From Pseudolabrys sp. (GTDB taxonomy: Bacteria; Pseudomonadota; Alphaproteobacteria; Rhizobiales; Xanthobacteraceae), in NCBI GenBank assembly GCA_035651015.1, contig DASRGN010000034.1, positions 6,800-70,799 on the forward strand: a stretch of DNA of 64,000 nucleotides, in the 5' to 3' direction. The notes beneath the pieces were generated by a model. It searched no databases, was not told the origin of the DNA, and saw only the letters and a program-made list of their open reading frames with translations. Positions 59,460 to 64,000 of the stretch are shown here, piece by piece. Position 1 is the stretch's first letter. Each line of letters opens with the position of its first letter. Position numbers and translations under genes: made by a program.

Positions 59460-60038
59460 CTAAGCGAGGTCGAGCTCGATCTCAATCGCCCCGCACAGCA
59501 TCTGCCCGAGCGTGATGTGCATCTCCTGGATGCGGGCCGTGGTGCTCGAGGGCACGAGAAGAAGATGGTCCGCGAGCTTCGGCAATTCGCCGCCGGTCCC
59601 GCCGGTGAGCCCGGCGGTGACGAGGCCGAGCGCCCTCGCCTGCTTGAGCGCGGCCAGCACATTCGGACTTTTGCCGGAGGTGGAGATGCCGACGGCGACG
59701 TCGCCACGTTTGCCGAGCGCCTCGATCTGGCGGGCGAAGATTGCCTCGAAGCCGAGATCGTTGCCCGCGGCGGTGAGCGCCGAGGTGTCGGTGGTGAGCG
59801 CGATCGCCGCGATCGCCGGACGATTTTTCTTGTAGCGGATGGCGAGCTCGGTCGCGAGATGCTGCGCATCGGCAGCGCTGCCGCCATTGCCGAAAAACAA
59901 AAGCTTGCCGCCGGAGCGAAGTGAGCCAACGCAGGCAGCGAGCAGGCCGGCGAACGCATCGCCCAGCGCTGCTTCCGTGCGCGTCATCACCTCGCGGTGC
60001 TCCGCGAACTCGGCTTTGAAGAATGCTGCAACGTCCAC
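59460..60038 (-). CDS. gmhA: D-sedoheptulose 7-phosphate isomerase
   Basis: GNGGSAADAQH, TAAGND, STSGKS, TARIQEMH. Confidence 0.95.
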   Translation of the reverse strand: MDVAAFFKAEFAEHREVMTRTEAALGDAFAGLLAACVGSLRSGGKLLFFGNGGSAADAQHLATELAIRYKKNRPAIAAIALTTDTSALTAAGNDLGFEAIFARQIEALGKRGDVAVGISTSGKSPNVLAALKQARALGLVTAGLTGGTGGELPKLADHLLLVPSSTTARIQEMHITLGQMLCGAIEIELDLA

Positions 60039-60051
60039 GCCCGCCTCCTCC

Positions 60052-61962
60052 CTAAGCCGCTTCGCCGCGGAAATCCGGCACCGCGTCGCGCAGGACGCGA
60101 TAGATCGCGGTGCGATCATTGCCGGCGAGCCCGCGCTCCAAGGTCGTAAGCCAGGCGCGCATGGTCTCGAGCGACGGCTGCACCGGTTTGGCGGCGACGA
60201 TGCCGGCGATGCCGATATCAGTATTGGCCTCTTCGCGCGCGAACAGGATCTCGTTGAGCCGCTCGCCCGGACGGATGCCGGTAAAGGTGATGTCGATGTC
60301 GCGCCCAGGCTCTAGGCCGGTGAGGCGGATCATGCGTTCGGCGAGATCGAGGATCTTCACCGGCTGACCCATATTGAGCACATAGACGGAAACATCGCTG
60401 CGCTGCGGCCCGAGCGCATGCGTCGCCGCGGTCACCACCAGATCGCAGGCTTCGCGGATGGTCATGAAGTAGCGCACCATTTCCGGATGCGTGACGGTAA
60501 CCGGGCCGCCGGCCTCGATTTGCGCCTTGAATTTCGGCACCACCGACCCATTCGAGGCGAGCACATTGCCGAAACGCACCGAGATCAGCCGCATCGGCGC
60601 CTTTCCGCCATTGCCGTGATGCGCGAAGTCATTATCGAGCGCCTGGCAATACATCTCAGCAAGCCGCTTCGTGGCGCCGAGCACCGAGACGGGCTCGATG
60701 GCCTTGTCGGTGGAGATCATGACCATCGCCGTCGCGCCGGCGGCGGCCGCGGCGTCGGCGACGTTCACCGAGCCGAACACATTGGTCTTGATGCCCTCGT
60801 CCCAGTCGCGCTCGAGCAGCGGCACATGCTTGAGCGCCGCGGCATGAAACACGATATCGGGCTTGAAGGCGGCGATCAGCGCCGTGATGCGCTCGCGATC
60901 ACGCACATCGGCGATGCGCGCTTCCACCGCCGCGCCGCCGTGCTTTGCGGCCAGCGCCTCGGTCACCGCGTGCAGCGCCGGCTCTGAATTCTCGATGACC
61001 ATGAGGCGTGCGGCGCCGAAGGTGACGACGCGATCGCAGATTTCCGAGCCGATCGACCCGCCGCCGCCGGTCACCACCACCGATTTGCCGCTGACGAAGC
61101 CTTCGAGCCGCGCATAGTCGATGGAGACGCTGGGCCGCAGCAGCAGGTCTTCGACCGCGACTGGCTGCAGCCGCACCGCCTCGCCGCCGGCGGCCAGCGA
61201 GGGCATCTGACTCATGGTGAGACCGAGACGGCGCGCGCGCATCAGGATCGCTTCCGGCCGCGCCTCCGGCGCCAGCGCCGACGGGGCCAGAATCAGCCGG
61301 GTGACGCGGTTACCCCGCGCCACGAACTCCGCCACCACGCCTTCGAGGTCATCAACGTCGCCGAGCACCGGCACACCGCGCACCGCCTGCCCCTGATCCG
61401 CCGACGAAGGCGACAGAATGCCGATCGGCCAAATCTTCTTCACCGCACCGCTTTCCACGCCGCGCAGCAGCACTTCAGCATCGGCGGCGCGGCCGAGGAT
61501 CAGCGCACGGGCGGCATCGTCGATACGCGCGCGGTGCAGGGTGCGTGAGTAGTGCAGATAACGATAGGCAATGCGCGACCCGCCGAGGAAGAACAGCTGC
61601 ACAAACCAATACAGCAGGATGGTGATCTTGCCGAAGAAGAAGGTGCCATAGACGTTCGGCGCGAGCAGCACGTAGTCGAGCGCGAGCAGCGAGACCGCCA
61701 GCACCGTGGTGGCCCGGAAGATGTTGTAGAGATCGGGCACCGAGGTGAAGCGCCACTTATTCCAGTGCAGCCGGAAGACGAAATAAATGATCCCGGCATA
61801 AGCGACGAACAGCGGCAGATATTTCAGGCCGACGAGGCGCGAGGTGAGCTCAGAGCCCTCGAAGCGCATGAGAAATGTAACGAGGATCGCCGCGGCGGTC
61901 ATCGCGAGATCGTGCAGCACGATCAACATCTGGCGGGGCGTGAGGCGCTGGCGTCGCAACAT
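60052..61962 (-). CDS. Membrane-anchored nucleotide-sugar 4,6-dehydratase (PglF/WbpM/CapD family)
   Basis: Four TM segments, then TGGGGSIGSE, HAAALKHVP, STDKA, RFGNVLASNGSV. Confidence 0.93.
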   Translation of the reverse strand: MLRRQRLTPRQMLIVLHDLAMTAAAILVTFLMRFEGSELTSRLVGLKYLPLFVAYAGIIYFVFRLHWNKWRFTSVPDLYNIFRATTVLAVSLLALDYVLLAPNVYGTFFFGKITILLYWFVQLFFLGGSRIAYRYLHYSRTLHRARIDDAARALILGRAADAEVLLRGVESGAVKKIWPIGILSPSSADQGQAVRGVPVLGDVDDLEGVVAEFVARGNRVTRLILAPSALAPEARPEAILMRARRLGLTMSQMPSLAAGGEAVRLQPVAVEDLLLRPSVSIDYARLEGFVSGKSVVVTGGGGSIGSEICDRVVTFGAARLMVIENSEPALHAVTEALAAKHGGAAVEARIADVRDRERITALIAAFKPDIVFHAAALKHVPLLERDWDEGIKTNVFGSVNVADAAAAAGATAMVMISTDKAIEPVSVLGATKRLAEMYCQALDNDFAHHGNGGKAPMRLISVRFGNVLASNGSVVPKFKAQIEAGGPVTVTHPEMVRYFMTIREACDLVVTAATHALGPQRSDVSVYVLNMGQPVKILDLAERMIRLTGLEPGRDIDITFTGIRPGERLNEILFAREEANTDIGIAGIVAAKPVQPSLETMRAWLTTLERGLAGNDRTAIYRVLRDAVPDFRGEAA

Positions 61963-61964
61963 GA

Positions 61965-62723
61965 TCAAGGCGTCCGTTGCAGCGCCTGGCGCATGCGAAC
62001 CGTGCTCGCCGGCAGGCGGAAGAGCGTGGTGGCGAAGGCGTAAAGATACCAGCGCAGATAGGCGGGAATCCACCGCAGCACGCGAAAGCGGCTGGTGCCG
62101 GCGCTGCGCTCGAACCATCGGGCCGGCACCTCGCCGACGCGCCAGCCGAGCCGATGCGCTTTGACCAGGAGCTCGAGGCTGTAGCAGAAGCCGGTCTCGG
62201 ACTCGACCGTAATGCCGTCGATGACGCGACGGGAAAACAGACGGAAGCCGTTGCTGGCGTCACGCGTCGGTAGCCGCGCCAGATGAAAGAGCGTGAAGTT
62301 GGCTGCGCGCACTAGCACCGCTTTCAGCCACGGACAATCGACCATGCAACCACCAGGCATGAAACGGCTGGCGCAGACGATGGCATTGCCCTCCTCGGCC
62401 TTCGCCACCATGCCGTCGAGGATGCCGGCGTTGTAATCGTCGTCGGCCGGATACATCAGCACGTAAGGCGCGCGGCTTTCAGCAAAGCCGGTCATCACCG
62501 CGCCATGCGCGCCCCGGGTTTTGTTGAGCACGTACTCGATGGTGAGATCCTGTTGCAGCTCGGGATGCGCGGCGATGGTCGACAGCGTGTCGTCGTCGGG
62601 CTTGTCATAGCAGATGAGAATGCGCGCCGGCGTCTTCACCTCCCGGCGCAATGCCGCGAGAGTGCCAAGGATGACCGGTCCCTCGTTGTAGACCGGGATG
62701 ACGATGTCGAGGCGCGGCGTCAT
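61965..62723 (-). CDS. GT2 glycosyltransferase (polyprenol-phosphate type)
   Basis: VIPVYNE, PADD (DxD-like), ASRF, DASNGFRL. Confidence 0.88.
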   Translation of the reverse strand: MTPRLDIVIPVYNEGPVILGTLAALRREVKTPARILICYDKPDDDTLSTIAAHPELQQDLTIEYVLNKTRGAHGAVMTGFAESRAPYVLMYPADDDYNAGILDGMVAKAEEGNAIVCASRFMPGGCMVDCPWLKAVLVRAANFTLFHLARLPTRDASNGFRLFSRRVIDGITVESETGFCYSLELLVKAHRLGWRVGEVPARWFERSAGTSRFRVLRWIPAYLRWYLYAFATTLFRLPASTVRMRQALQRTP

Positions 62724-62726
62724 CGA

Positions 62727-63968
62727 TCAGTAGACGCGGTTGGCGTTCTCAAGGAAGCCCCAGACGTCGACCACCGGCTTACCCTTGAGGTCGGCGTCGC
62801 GATACGCGGAATGCGGCGTGCACAAAATGAGCAGATCGCTGCGCGTGATGACAGTGTCGAGCGGCAGCAGCGAGGCATCGGTGGTGACAAACGGGTCGGT
62901 GGTCAGCACGTCGCGCGCGCAGGCGCGCAGCGCGTTCTTGAACTTGTAGCTGAGCGAGGCGCGCGTGTCGTCGACTTCGGCTTTGAACGCCATGCCGAGC
63001 AGCCCGACGGTCATGGTGCCGAGGTCGTAATTGCGCCGCAGATCGTCGACCACCTGCAGCACCAGGCCTTCGTTGACCTGCATGGCCGCGTGACCGATGC
63101 CGAATTGATTGCGCGCGAAGGCGGCAAGCTGCATCGTATCTTTGAACAGGCAGGGTCCTGCAGCAAAGCCGGGGCGCGGGATCGAGGCGAGGCGCGGATA
63201 TTTGTGCTTCATCGCCTTCATGATCGCCTGATAGTCGGCGCCCGCCGACTTCGCGATCATGTAGAACTGGTTGGTCGCGGCGAATTCGATGTAGCGATAG
63301 GCGTTGCTGAACAGCTTGGCGAATTCCGCTTCGAGCGGCTTCACCACGACGAGCTCGGGCGCGATCCGCCGGAACAGCGCCGCCGCTTCCGCTTCCGCTT
63401 CGGGCGTTGTCCCCGACACGATCTGCGGCATCTCACGCAATTCGCGGATGCCGTGGCCTTGCACGACGCGCTCGGGACAGAACGCGAGCTTGAGCTTGCG
63501 GCCGAGCTGCTTGAGGTAGCCGTCGAGCCAATCGGTGGTGCCAGGATAGACCGTGGAGCGCAGGATCAGCAGCTGGTCGTCGGCGAGATGCGGCAGCAGC
63601 GCGTCGATGCAGGCCTGCACCTCCTTCTGCACCGGATTGAGGAACTCGTCGACTGGTGTGCCGATGGTGACGATCACCGGTCCTTTGCGCGAAATCTCAG
63701 CCGGCGCCGAGCTGAAGGTCAGCCGGTGTTCCGCGAGCGCCTTGGTGAGCAGCGGCGCGGCGCCGTATTCGATGAACGGCAGCTTGCCAGCACGCAGCGT
63801 CGCCAGAGTATCCTTATTCAGATCGTTGACGTTGACCGTGAGCCCGGCCTCGGCGAAGGCCAGCACCAGTGGAATACCCACGTGACCGGCCCCGCCCACG
63901 ACCGTGAGGTCGGCGTCGGTCGCCGTCCGGCTGCGTTCCGGTGCTGTTGCAGTGCTGCCGTAGTTCAA
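62727..63968 (-). CDS. UDP-glucose/GDP-mannose dehydrogenase family protein
   Basis: GGAGHVG, FCPERV, AKLFSNAYR, GPCLFKD, GMAFKAEVDD. Confidence 0.92.
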   Translation of the reverse strand: MNYGSTATAPERSRTATDADLTVVGGAGHVGIPLVLAFAEAGLTVNVNDLNKDTLATLRAGKLPFIEYGAAPLLTKALAEHRLTFSSAPAEISRKGPVIVTIGTPVDEFLNPVQKEVQACIDALLPHLADDQLLILRSTVYPGTTDWLDGYLKQLGRKLKLAFCPERVVQGHGIRELREMPQIVSGTTPEAEAEAAALFRRIAPELVVVKPLEAEFAKLFSNAYRYIEFAATNQFYMIAKSAGADYQAIMKAMKHKYPRLASIPRPGFAAGPCLFKDTMQLAAFARNQFGIGHAAMQVNEGLVLQVVDDLRRNYDLGTMTVGLLGMAFKAEVDDTRASLSYKFKNALRACARDVLTTDPFVTTDASLLPLDTVITRSDLLILCTPHSAYRDADLKGKPVVDVWGFLENANRVY

Positions 63969-64000
63969 GCGAGGCTCCAGGTTGGCCGATCCTTTAGCAG

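Noticed and set aside
59460-63968. gmhA, PglF-like, GT2 and sugar dehydrogenase as a novel system
   Set aside because: Ordinary edge of a surface-polysaccharide locus, truncated by the window end.

Overview
High-GC chromosomal window from an alphaproteobacterium; gene content and the intergenic repeat families point to Hyphomicrobiales (inference). Positions 1-33 kb are mostly conserved backbone: tolQ, ybgC, ruvCAB, yebC, ymdB-like, ygfA, 6S RNA, zapA, tkt-gap-pgk-fba, suhB, a MotA/MotB-like pair, two lytic transglycosylases and ettA. Small insertions interrupt it: a TetR-DUF2852 pair with two matching operators, a ParD-like orphan, a Bsr-like deaminase inside the ruv operon, a monooxygenase-LVIVD-EamA operon, and three tandem small secreted paralogues. 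Positions 33-59 kb are accessory catabolism. They hold (i) an IclR-associated decarboxylase/cyclase/cupin/SDR/ABC cluster, (ii) a paoABC-like aldehyde oxidoreductase and a stand-alone UdgX, each behind an EcfG-type promoter motif, and (iii) an IclR / Zn-dehydrogenase / split molybdenum hydroxylase / MBL / Bug / IolD-like ThDP cluster, the best candidate for an undescribed pathway. A surface-polysaccharide cluster begins at 59.4 kb. Four families of palindromic intergenic repeats are present. No tRNA, rRNA, CRISPR array, transposase or phage gene was recognised. All family assignments are from motif recognition by eye; no searches were run. Start codons were re-picked where the ORF track overextends.
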